From positions 1 through 27,170 of IMG/VR virus record IMGVR_UViG_3300020160_000023: a stretch of DNA of 27,170 bases. The stretch is one strand, 5' to 3'. Below the pieces are notes generated by a model. The model was given only the letters and a program-made list of their open reading frames with translations, made no database searches and was not told where the DNA came from. Source of the stretch: a virus (taxonomy: Duplodnaviria > Caudoviricetes). Positions 16,373 to 24,020 of the stretch are shown one piece after another (the first letter of the stretch is position 1; every line of letters starts with the position of its first letter). Made by a program: the position numbers and the translations under genes.

Positions 16373-18462
16373 TGGACTAAACCACCTAATTCTTTAATAG
16401 CTTTAAGCACGATCTCAGCCTGTTTCTGGCGCATCTGCTCGTCTGCCATATCCATCGTTAAGATTGCCTGTAACTGCTGAACAGCTAACTGTGCTTCTTT
16501 AATCTTAATGTCTGATTGCTGCTGCTGATTCTTCATAGCCATCTCTAGACCCTTTTGGGTATAAGACGCTTCTAGTTCCTGTTGCTTTAACTTCAGCTTC
16601 TCACCCTCGATCTGCGCCTTCGCTGCTGTCTTCTCTCTTTCAACGTCAGCAAGCATCTGAGCAACCTCTGCTTGTGCATCGGGAGTTGGGGGTTGAGGCT
16701 GTGCAAGAGCAGCATCTTGTTCAGGAGTAATCTCGTTAAGAAATGCGTTTGCATCTTTAAACCCTGCCGACTCAATAAACTTTGCTAACGTGTTGCGATA
16801 CTGTCCTACCGTTACTAGCGGATTAGATGGCCCGAACTGCTGCAATATCTGTTCTTGTTTAGATAGAATCATTTGCAACATTGCTAACTTCTGATCTCTG
16901 TCACCTGAACCAAGACCTACGTTAATGCTAATGTCGTACTCATTTGCCCACGTTCTAGGATCATATTGAACGTACTTGCCACGCATACGGACAATCTTTG
17001 CCTTGTCCTGATACTTGCCCAATAGATGCAAGATACCTCTAAATAACGACTTAACGCCTGTATCCGCAAAGATACGAGCGATCAACTCTAGCTTACCGCT
17101 ATTAGACTTCATCATAGCCGCTACAGCAGTAGCTGTGACGTTAGACAATATATCTGGGTCTAAACCTGACGAAGCGTCTGTAACGCCTGTACGCTTGGCT
17201 GCAACGCCATCAAGATACTCAAACATTGGGAACGCTTGACCAGTAACGCTAGGCACTTGCATTGGAATCAGAGCATTTGCGTTCTTAACTCGGATAATGC
17301 CGCCAGGAGTAGCGTTCAATACGTCATCAAGATTTACCTGACCATCGACCACGCCAATACGAGCATTGTTCGTGAGATAAAGATTATCTAAAGTTTGACG
17401 CATCAATGTCGATTTAATTAACTGAATGTCCATCGTTCTGTCAGCCAATGATTGACCAAAGAACTTATGCGGAATAGGAATCGGACAGATCGAATGGAAT
17501 GGAACTACGTCAGTCTCCTCATCCTCAAGAATCTCTGAGCCGCAGTAAACAATCCTACGTAACTCAGCGATACCATCTTCATCCTCGTCAATACGTATAT
17601 AGCACTCGTACACCTCTAGCGTCTGCATTGAGAAGTCTAGGCTTGGTGCGGAATCTGGTTGCTCGTCTTGGTTAAATCGTGCGATACGCTCAGGACTGTA
17701 CGTTAAGTCATCATACGTTGGCAGACTGTCAACTACATCCTTCTTGTAGCCCATAGCGATCAAGTCACTACGAGGCATCAAGCGTCTGTGCGCTACAAAC
17801 GGAGAATCGTCAATAGTCTTGGCTGACTTAGAGATTAGGAATTCTTCTGGTGGCACGTTCTCAATACGTACCTGACCTGACTTCTTAACCTTCTTTACCG
17901 TTACAGAATATGATGGAGCCATTATCGGCATACCCATCTGATCCATGCCTGCTTCAACCATCTCGACCTTTTGACGCACTACTTCCATCGTCTCATCAGA
18001 TAGCAATAAGGCAAGTTCTTCTTCTGTTAGGTTTTTGTACTTTTCTTTGACTACATCTTCTTGCGAGTCCCAATAAGACTTAACAACGCCTGTCTTTTGT
18101 AGGAGCGCATCTTTGAACCAGTTATGCAGGATTAAGAGACCATCATTCTCACGATAAAATACCCAATTACAGTATTCCGTAGCCTGTTTAGCTGATTCCT
18201 CGTCATTAGGCGACTTAGGTTCAAAGTAAACGATATCCTCAGTTGTCGTAAAGACACGTAGAAGCTGCGGCAATGCGCCATCAATAGCTTCGGCTACCTC
18301 ACCAGTTACGATCTGGCTACGACCTTCTACCTCATTGCCGTAGTTCTCACGTAAGTAATACTGCAATGCTCTAGTACGCTCGTCAGTAGTCTCAGAGTCG
18401 ATGAACCCGATTGAGTTATCAATCTCGTTCTCTAAGATACCTTTTACTTGTCCTGAATCCAT
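16369..18462 (-). CDS. Portal protein (P22-like, with C-terminal coiled-coil barrel)
   Basis: 697 aa directly after terL. ALQYY...YGNEVEGRSQIV, DALLQKTG, ENVPPEEF and PIPHKFFG, plus a Q/A/E/K-rich C-terminus. Confidence 0.9.
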   Translation of the reverse strand: MDSGQVKGILENEIDNSIGFIDSETTDERTRALQYYLRENYGNEVEGRSQIVTGEVAEAIDGALPQLLRVFTTTEDIVYFEPKSPNDEESAKQATEYCNWVFYRENDGLLILHNWFKDALLQKTGVVKSYWDSQEDVVKEKYKNLTEEELALLLSDETMEVVRQKVEMVEAGMDQMGMPIMAPSYSVTVKKVKKSGQVRIENVPPEEFLISKSAKTIDDSPFVAHRRLMPRSDLIAMGYKKDVVDSLPTYDDLTYSPERIARFNQDEQPDSAPSLDFSMQTLEVYECYIRIDEDEDGIAELRRIVYCGSEILEDEETDVVPFHSICPIPIPHKFFGQSLADRTMDIQLIKSTLMRQTLDNLYLTNNARIGVVDGQVNLDDVLNATPGGIIRVKNANALIPMQVPSVTGQAFPMFEYLDGVAAKRTGVTDASSGLDPDILSNVTATAVAAMMKSNSGKLELIARIFADTGVKSLFRGILHLLGKYQDKAKIVRMRGKYVQYDPRTWANEYDISINVGLGSGDRDQKLAMLQMILSKQEQILQQFGPSNPLVTVGQYRNTLAKFIESAGFKDANAFLNEITPEQDAALAQPQPPTPDAQAEVAQMLADVEREKTAAKAQIEGEKLKLKQQELEASYTQKGLEMAMKNQQQQSDIKIKEAQLAVQQLQAILTMDMADEQMRQKQAEIVLKAIKELGGLVQ

Positions 18463-18489
18463 AGCTAAACCCTGTAGGAATTTTGCTTA

Positions 18490-19749
18490 TTATACAACCC
18501 ATTTAGTGTTTATTGGTATATTTGACGACCATGAATCATCAGATTCGTCAAGCGTTATCGCTAAATATCTGAAGCTATCTGCCGCATGGCTACACCAATC
18601 ATGTAATGGCTTTTCGTAATAGACGTTCTGTTTCTCGTTGTATTCTCTGCGATAGTTACGCAGCGCATTAATACCTTGCTTAGTCTTATCCTTGTCAAAC
18701 CAACAACGTGGCAGCAACCTACGAACTGCCTGTATCCCATCAGCTACCGATAGTCTAGGAGCTACCGTTATCTCTAGTCCTGCTTCTTGGAGGACTTCTT
18801 TGCGACTTCTGCCCGTCCCCAGTTCACGGACTTCAACGTCATGTGGTAGGTACTGGTCGAAACGCTCATATCTATTTTCTTTGAGCCAATTGACATACCA
18901 ATCAAGCCCAACCCCGTGGTTTTCCACGAAATCAATGAGCCTGACTTCTTTGCCAACCAGTTGAGCCACCCACAAGCAAGTAGAGTCACCCATACCCAAA
19001 TCCCAAGCCACATAAGACTTACAAAGATCATCCCTGTCAACAGTGGAGATACGACCCTTTGCTTCAAGATCGTTGACAATCTGCCCATAGTAAGCCCCTT
19101 CTACGGCTGAGTTAAAGTTACATTCAAACTCTTGTTGGTACTTGTCCTCGCCCATCTCGTCACGAGCAGCGTTAAGTTCAGACTCTGGAATAATCCCTGT
19201 TTGACTAGCCTTAAATTCAATTAGTTTCCAACCTTCTGTTTCTTCAGCCCTATCACGAAACTCAGCAAAGTGATTCATTCCCTTTGGTGTTCCGATAAAT
19301 AAGCACCAACCAAGTCGATCACTTAAACTTGGTCTTAGAACCTCATTCCATACTTTTGGATTCATGTCCCCAACTTCATCTAGGACGCACCCATCGTAAT
19401 AGGTTCCACGTAATGAGTCAGGATTATCTGCGCCATGTAACGATATGCGTCTGCCCCAGAAGTCAACTCGCAGCTCAGATATGTTTACCGTAGCACCTAG
19501 TGGTCTTGTGAACTTAACCAAGTAGTCAAACGCTATCCTCTTGGCTTGTGTGTATGTTGGAGCAACGTAGCAGAATCTAGGATCAGGTAAATCGCACTCT
19601 ATGGCTTTTTTGATAAGCTGGTTGATTGCACACACCGTTTTCCCAAACCTTCGGTGCATAACTCCGACAACGAATCTATTTTCATCCATAGCCTCATGCA
19701 ATATGACCTGCTGAGGTCTCGGCTTGTAAGGAATGACTATTTCTGCCAT
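18490..19749 (-). CDS. terL: Terminase large subunit
   Basis: Walker A HRRFGKT, Walker B CVLDE, coupling motif IGTPKG, and nuclease residues WDLG.GD, PHD and HAADSFRY. Confidence 0.95.
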   Translation of the reverse strand: MAEIVIPYKPRPQQVILHEAMDENRFVVGVMHRRFGKTVCAINQLIKKAIECDLPDPRFCYVAPTYTQAKRIAFDYLVKFTRPLGATVNISELRVDFWGRRISLHGADNPDSLRGTYYDGCVLDEVGDMNPKVWNEVLRPSLSDRLGWCLFIGTPKGMNHFAEFRDRAEETEGWKLIEFKASQTGIIPESELNAARDEMGEDKYQQEFECNFNSAVEGAYYGQIVNDLEAKGRISTVDRDDLCKSYVAWDLGMGDSTCLWVAQLVGKEVRLIDFVENHGVGLDWYVNWLKENRYERFDQYLPHDVEVRELGTGRSRKEVLQEAGLEITVAPRLSVADGIQAVRRLLPRCWFDKDKTKQGINALRNYRREYNEKQNVYYEKPLHDWCSHAADSFRYLAITLDESDDSWSSNIPINTKWVV

Positions 19750-20129
19750 GTGACGCTATGTTGTATTGCAGCACCATCCACGCCAGACAATTCCTGCTTA
19801 ACTCTTTCAGAGTAATTCTTAGGAAACCTAGCAGCCATACTCCTCGACCATAAGCCAGTATTGATTCTTGGCGTATCTTTGGTCTCAATTAGGTGACTTT
19901 GAGCCAGTTCTTCCCAATATGCCTGACTATATGCGTGAGCATCCTCCAAGGCGTGACAAAATTCCTCGATAGAGTCTCTCCACCTACATAATGTTCTATA
20001 CGATATGTTGAGTTGAGCTGACATTTGCTCAAATGACTTGCCTAGTTTTCCTAGTTCGATAACTTTTTGGCAATATGATGGATCATACTCTGATGGTCTA
20101 CCTACTGGTCTTTTCTCTACTTCTTCCAT
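19737..20129 (-). CDS. terS: Terminase small subunit
   Basis: GRPSEY followed by an HTH-like segment (FEQMSAQLNISYRTLCRW). Overlaps the terL start. Confidence 0.85.
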   Translation of the reverse strand: MEEVEKRPVGRPSEYDPSYCQKVIELGKLGKSFEQMSAQLNISYRTLCRWRDSIEEFCHALEDAHAYSQAYWEELAQSHLIETKDTPRINTGLWSRSMAARFPKNYSERVKQELSGVDGAAIQHSVTWQK

Positions 20130-20154
20130 TGCACTACCTTTCTGGTGTCATGCG

Positions 20155-21072
20155 TTACTTCTTAGGTTGCTTTTCTTTCTTTAGTTCTAACTTATCTTGT
20201 CCCGCTATTAATCCTACAGGAGCAGCAGAATACAATATTCTTTTGTCCTTTGGATCGTATGTACCTCTGTTAAAAATTGACTTTATTTGTTCAGGCTTAA
20301 ATGCAGTATAAACATCAGATACTTCACCTGAAACTCCAACTGGATTATCTTTTGCATTTTTTATAATTAATCCATCATATCCGTTTTGTCTTGCTATATA
20401 TGCAATATAATCAGTTGATGCTTTTTGTTTTCCAGCTTCAAACCCTTTTAGCTTTAACGCATCGTTATTGATTGTTATATTGTTCCAATTGTTATTTTTT
20501 GCATCAATTACTAAAGGATTTTGTAATGATAATTTTGCCGGATATACAGCCCCTAGAGACTGACCTTTTCTAGTTGGATCCATTGCATAACCACTAGCAA
20601 CTTTAGGATTATTAGAAAACCAATAAGTTGGAGATATTTTCCCAAAATCAGATTGCGGAGAGAATTCCTCTATATTTGCTTTTGATCCAGTATAAACAGT
20701 TAAAGGAGCTTTGTTTTCATCAACAATTTTGCTTTCTTGAAACCAGTTTTTAAATTTACTTCCTCCAACTGGCTTAATGCTTCCAGTAAATCCGCTTGTT
20801 AATGCGCCTTTGGGAGCAGATCCTACAAAACTTCCACCCATCACATTCATACCTACATTAACAGCTTCTTCTGGTGGCAAATAATAACCTTGAGCTGCTG
20901 TATATGGTGCTGCTAGAGCTTTTGCTGCGTCATAAATAAACTGAGGAGCAATAAGACCAGCTTGTTTGTTATATCGTGGAAGTACATTCAAACGATCCTC
21001 TCTTGGCGCAATACCAAAAGACTCGTAAGTCTGACGCTCTAATGGAGATAGTAAACCTTGTGGTTTAGCCAT
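20155..21072 (-). CDS. ADP-ribosyltransferase-like (ART-PolyVal-type) domain protein
   Basis: FKNWF..SKIVDE...PL.VYTGS, YWFS....ASGYA, VYP..LSLQNP, GYDGLII and AFKPEQIKSIFNRGTYDP match the ART domain of phage polyvalent proteins. It has a separate ~100-aa N-terminal leader. Confidence 0.65.
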   Translation of the reverse strand: MAKPQGLLSPLERQTYESFGIAPREDRLNVLPRYNKQAGLIAPQFIYDAAKALAAPYTAAQGYYLPPEEAVNVGMNVMGGSFVGSAPKGALTSGFTGSIKPVGGSKFKNWFQESKIVDENKAPLTVYTGSKANIEEFSPQSDFGKISPTYWFSNNPKVASGYAMDPTRKGQSLGAVYPAKLSLQNPLVIDAKNNNWNNITINNDALKLKGFEAGKQKASTDYIAYIARQNGYDGLIIKNAKDNPVGVSGEVSDVYTAFKPEQIKSIFNRGTYDPKDKRILYSAAPVGLIAGQDKLELKKEKQPKK

Positions 21073-21751
21073 AATATTCCTTGTACTTATCTGGACGATT
21101 AGTCCGTATCCATGCTCTCGGTTCTTCGTGGCACTTCTGGAAGTTTGTTCCTACTGTCTGCGATCCTGCATGGTGGACATAAGCCCTGCTCACAAAATGC
21201 CTGTAACCTGCTTTAGATAGATCATCACAAATAATATTATCAGAATACCAATTAGTGCTAGGGAATCTTGCTGTCTCAAACGCCTGTTTACTGATATAAG
21301 CGAAAATAGGCGCAATGACCCCTGTTTCTTTGATGTGATCTTCTGATTCGTATTTTAACCCAATGACATTATCATTAGCGCAATAACTACGAATATTTTG
21401 ATCCCAAAGTACATAGTCACTTCTAGCTCCCACAAATCCTACGTTTTCAAAGTTTCGCTTTAACAGCCTTACATCTTCGTTTAGCTTTAAATAAGTCGTT
21501 GGTGTTATGACAACATCGTCATTGGCTATGATGATCTCTTTGTAGCCATCACTAAAAGCCTTGTCCATTGCTGCGTTATAAGCGTCACCAAAGTTTGTAG
21601 CTGCGTTGTATATCCATGTATCTACAAGTTCAGCGTCTTGTGTATTTTTACTGGATAAACATACCGGAATTTCCGGACAGTACGTTTTTAGGCTTGATAA
21701 CAGGACTTTGAGTCCTGCGTTTCCTGTGGAACAAATGACGATAGCTTGCAT
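21065..21751 (-). CDS. GT2-family glycosyltransferase
   Basis: NFGDAYN, IIIANDDVV, WYSDN and YVHHAGSQT are GT-A/GT2 features. Confidence 0.8.
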   Translation of the reverse strand: MQAIVICSTGNAGLKVLLSSLKTYCPEIPVCLSSKNTQDAELVDTWIYNAATNFGDAYNAAMDKAFSDGYKEIIIANDDVVITPTTYLKLNEDVRLLKRNFENVGFVGARSDYVLWDQNIRSYCANDNVIGLKYESEDHIKETGVIAPIFAYISKQAFETARFPSTNWYSDNIICDDLSKAGYRHFVSRAYVHHAGSQTVGTNFQKCHEEPRAWIRTNRPDKYKEYYG

Positions 21752-21756
21752 AATTA

Positions 21757-22314
21757 TTAAGAGTCCAATACGCCAGGTATGTGCATAACCCTGTATTTTG
21801 CTTCAATCTTTTTATAAGGATATTTCATTAACTGCTCAACAACTCTCCAATCATGACCATAACCATCAACCCATACAATGCCAAGATTTTTTTTATGAGC
21901 AATACAAGATGTACCAATACCGCCTAATTTCAATTCTACAGTTCGTCTAACATCATCAATATAATCATCCCACCACAACCAATCATTATCTAAGTTATTA
22001 ACTATAGACTGTAAATGCCCATCTCCAAAAATATCATCTGAATCTAAATATGCAATGTAATCGTAAGAGGCGGCAGCTATTCCAACATTTCTAGGATGCC
22101 CGCTAAATAAATTACATTTAGGTAAAATTTCAAGACATTTAACAGGATACTCAGAAGCTATTGCTTTTGTTTCATGACAACCATCAGGAATTATAATTAA
22201 CTCACCAATTTTTTGTTTTAAAAAACTGTCAATGGCTCTGCGTAACTTTACTTGCCTATCTGTTGCAGCAGTATTGTAATGCCCTAAATAACAAGGCATA
22301 ACAACGCTAATCAC
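21757..22314 (-). CDS. GT2-family glycosyltransferase
   Basis: Start re-called to GTG at 22314 (AAGGTG RBS, 185 aa). ISVVMPCY, ELIIIPDG, PRNVGI, YLDSDD (DxD) and GHDW. AT-rich. Confidence 0.85.
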   Translation of the reverse strand: MISVVMPCYLGHYNTAATDRQVKLRRAIDSFLKQKIGELIIIPDGCHETKAIASEYPVKCLEILPKCNLFSGHPRNVGIAAASYDYIAYLDSDDIFGDGHLQSIVNNLDNDWLWWDDYIDDVRRTVELKLGGIGTSCIAHKKNLGIVWVDGYGHDWRVVEQLMKYPYKKIEAKYRVMHIPGVLDS

Positions 22315-22324
22315 TATTTCACCT

Positions 22325-22495
22325 TTATTTTTTTTTGGCTTTATTGGTTTTTGTACGTGAACCACGCATCGGTAGGCTGATCTCAATCTCCAGCTTACCG
22401 TTCTTCTTACCGTTCTCTTTTTCTTCCATCATGCAACCCTTACCGCCTTTGCACTCACCACCCTTACACTTACCGCAAGATTTTAAGCCCTTCAT
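22325..22495 (-). CDS. Small Lys/Gly/Cys-rich protein (56 aa)
   Basis: Not in the ORF track. ATGA overlap. MKGLKSCGKCKGGECKGGKGCMMEEKENGKKNGKLEIEISLPMRGSRTKTNKAKKK. Confidence 0.7.
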   Translation of the reverse strand: MKGLKSCGKCKGGECKGGKGCMMEEKENGKKNGKLEIEISLPMRGSRTKTNKAKKK

Positions 22496-22797
22496 TTTTT
22501 CTTGTTCCTTTCAGATATTGCAGCAGCTTTCTTTTTAGCGTCTGCTTTTGAACTAGCACCCCATGCCTTTAGGCTTAATAGCAGTCTAGTAGGTTCACCA
22601 TTAGGTTTTTTCTCTGCACCAGGCATATTACCCATACGAGCTAGAAAAGACGCTCTACGTGGATTGTCACCAGATTTAACTGGAGCTTTCAGATCAGAGC
22701 CAGGATTTTCAGCCTCGTAAGACTTTCGACCTTTTTCGTTAAGACCGCCTGACTTACTCTTACCTGCGCTACGTTGCCATGCAGCAGTCTTTTTCAT
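22492..22797 (-). CDS. Small basic phage protein (DUF6321-like)
   Basis: AWQR..GK..SGGLN.KGR.SY...NPGSDLKAP...RR.SF.ARM...RL..SL.AW is a recurrent phage family. ATGA overlaps on both sides. Confidence 0.75.
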   Translation of the reverse strand: MKKTAAWQRSAGKSKSGGLNEKGRKSYEAENPGSDLKAPVKSGDNPRRASFLARMGNMPGAEKKPNGEPTRLLLSLKAWGASSKADAKKKAAAISERNKKK

Positions 22798-22943
22798 TTC
22801 TTTTTCTTTGCAGTCTTAGCAGCTAACTTAAAGTCTGCCTTAGTTGGTGCGTTCTTAGTGCCAGGCTTATTCATCTTTTCGCCTGAACCCTCTGCTATGC
22901 GTTTGCGTTTAGCGTGAATTGCTGCGTAGAGTCCTGTTTTCAT
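22794..22943 (-). CDS. Small Lys-rich protein (49 aa)
   Basis: Not in the ORF track. ATGA overlaps on both sides. MKTGLYAAIHAKRKRIAEGSGEKMNKPGTKNAPTKADFKLAAKTAKKKK. Confidence 0.8.
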   Translation of the reverse strand: MKTGLYAAIHAKRKRIAEGSGEKMNKPGTKNAPTKADFKLAAKTAKKKK

Positions 22944-23107
22944 TTCTTCCCCTTCTTCTTAGCTACATTTGCAGAACTTAATGCAATTGCTAATGCTTGC
23001 TTCTTAGACTTGACTACAGGGCCACCTTTGCCAGAATGTAAAGTGCCTTCCTTAAACTCGTTGTACACCTTACTTATTTTCTTTTCCTGCTTAGTTTTCT
23101 TCATCAT
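22940..23107 (-). CDS. Small Lys-rich protein (DUF6496-like, 55 aa)
   Basis: Not in the ORF track. MMKKTKQEKKISKVYNEFKEGTLHSGKGGPVVKSKKQALAIALSSANVAKKKGKK, with the KV..EFK.G.LHSG...V.S.KQA.AIALS motif. Confidence 0.8.
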   Translation of the reverse strand: MMKKTKQEKKISKVYNEFKEGTLHSGKGGPVVKSKKQALAIALSSANVAKKKGKK

Positions 23108-23397
23108 TTAATCACCTGTAATTTGTTGTTATCAAATAGCAAACCGATTGTTTTCCTATGCGCTTCTTCCCACATCTCTACACGTTCTTGCTTACTCAAA
23201 TTCTTACCTTGATCTAGCTCCATGTGGCACGTATAACATAAAGAAGCTATCCGATAATCATGTGATTTTATACCACGTCCCTTTCCATCTCGCAACTGAT
23301 TTGAGTGAGCAGCTACAACAGTTCCGTCATCTATACCGCAATGCTGACAAGGTATATCTCTAGCTATCTCAAGTAATGTTTTATTCCTATATATCAT
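23104..23397 (-). CDS. DUF1364/YbcO-like Zn-binding putative nuclease
   Basis: CQHC, VAAHSN, G.GIK..D and CYTCH.ELD. Confidence 0.7.
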   Translation of the reverse strand: MIYRNKTLLEIARDIPCQHCGIDDGTVVAAHSNQLRDGKGRGIKSHDYRIASLCYTCHMELDQGKNLSKQERVEMWEEAHRKTIGLLFDNNKLQVIK

Positions 23398-23425
23398 GTG
23401 TTATCTTTTTGATAATGCCTATTTA

Positions 23426-23453
23426 TTGAGCAGTCATAATTCTCTGGTAGCAT
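23426..23453 (+). promoter_or_regulatory. Putative sigma70 promoter for the acidic gene
   Basis: TTGAGC (23426-31), a 16-nt spacer ending in TGG (extended -10), then TAGCAT (23448-53). A predicted start near 23460 opens a hairpin ACAGCT-AGCG-GGCTGT. Confidence 0.55.
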
Positions 23454-23493
23454 TGTTTTACAGCTAGCGGGCTGTGTTTATATGGAGAAAATT

Positions 23494-23691
23494 ATGGTTA
23501 CAATTACTGTTGGTGACGTTGTTGTTTACGTAGAATCCGATGAAGTTGAGTTTGCTGATGATGACTTTGAGTACGATGAAGAAGGCATAGCATGGTCTTT
23601 CGATGAAGAAGAAGAAATCTGGTACTGGTACTGTGAAGAAAATGACGAATGGTACGCAGACGAATTCGATTATTTTGAAGATGAAGTCTAA
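23494..23691 (+). CDS. Extremely acidic, aromatic-rich small protein (65 aa)
   Basis: GGAG RBS 6 nt before the ATG at 23494. 27 D/E, no K/R and 15 F/W/Y. Fills the only sizeable gap on the minus strand, and its stop codon overlaps the convergent stop at 23688-23690. Confidence 0.8.
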   Translation: MVTITVGDVVVYVESDEVEFADDDFEYDEEGIAWSFDEEEEIWYWYCEENDEWYADEFDYFEDEV

Positions 23692-24020
23692 GTAGTAACT
23701 TTCTCAAGGAACCGATTAGAAGCCTCCTGAGTCCGAAATACGTCAATCCTAGCCTGAGCCGCTATGAGCATCCAGCGTAGCGTCTCAGCCCTTTCTACAG
23801 CTTCCTGAAGCCCTTTTAATACCTCTTGATACTCTGGATGAGCATAAGCATCAGCTTCCTTCTCTGCCATCGTGCTTTTCATGCTATTTTGGAAACATAA
23901 TGCTTTCTTAGTTTTCCTAAATTCACTGAGGTATGTAACGTCAGCTTTAGCCTTAGCGTATTCCTTAGAGTGCTTGATTATGTAGTCGATTGCTTTATTT
24001 GCATCAATATTTTCATTCAT
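23688..24020 (-). CDS. Conserved helical hypothetical protein (possibly UvsY-like)
   Basis: Start re-called to MNENID (ATGA overlap, 110 aa). YAKAKA...L..FRK.KKA, EADAYAHPEY and IDVFRT.EAS.R. Confidence 0.7.
   Translation of the reverse strand: MNENIDANKAIDYIIKHSKEYAKAKADVTYLSEFRKTKKALCFQNSMKSTMAEKEADAYAHPEYQEVLKGLQEAVERAETLRWMLIAAQARIDVFRTQEASNRFLEKVTT

Noticed and set aside
18488-18493. TATAAT overlapping the terL stop, upstream of the portal gene
   Set aside because: There is no acceptable -35 or TGn extension, and it is explained by the codons GTA TAA TAA.
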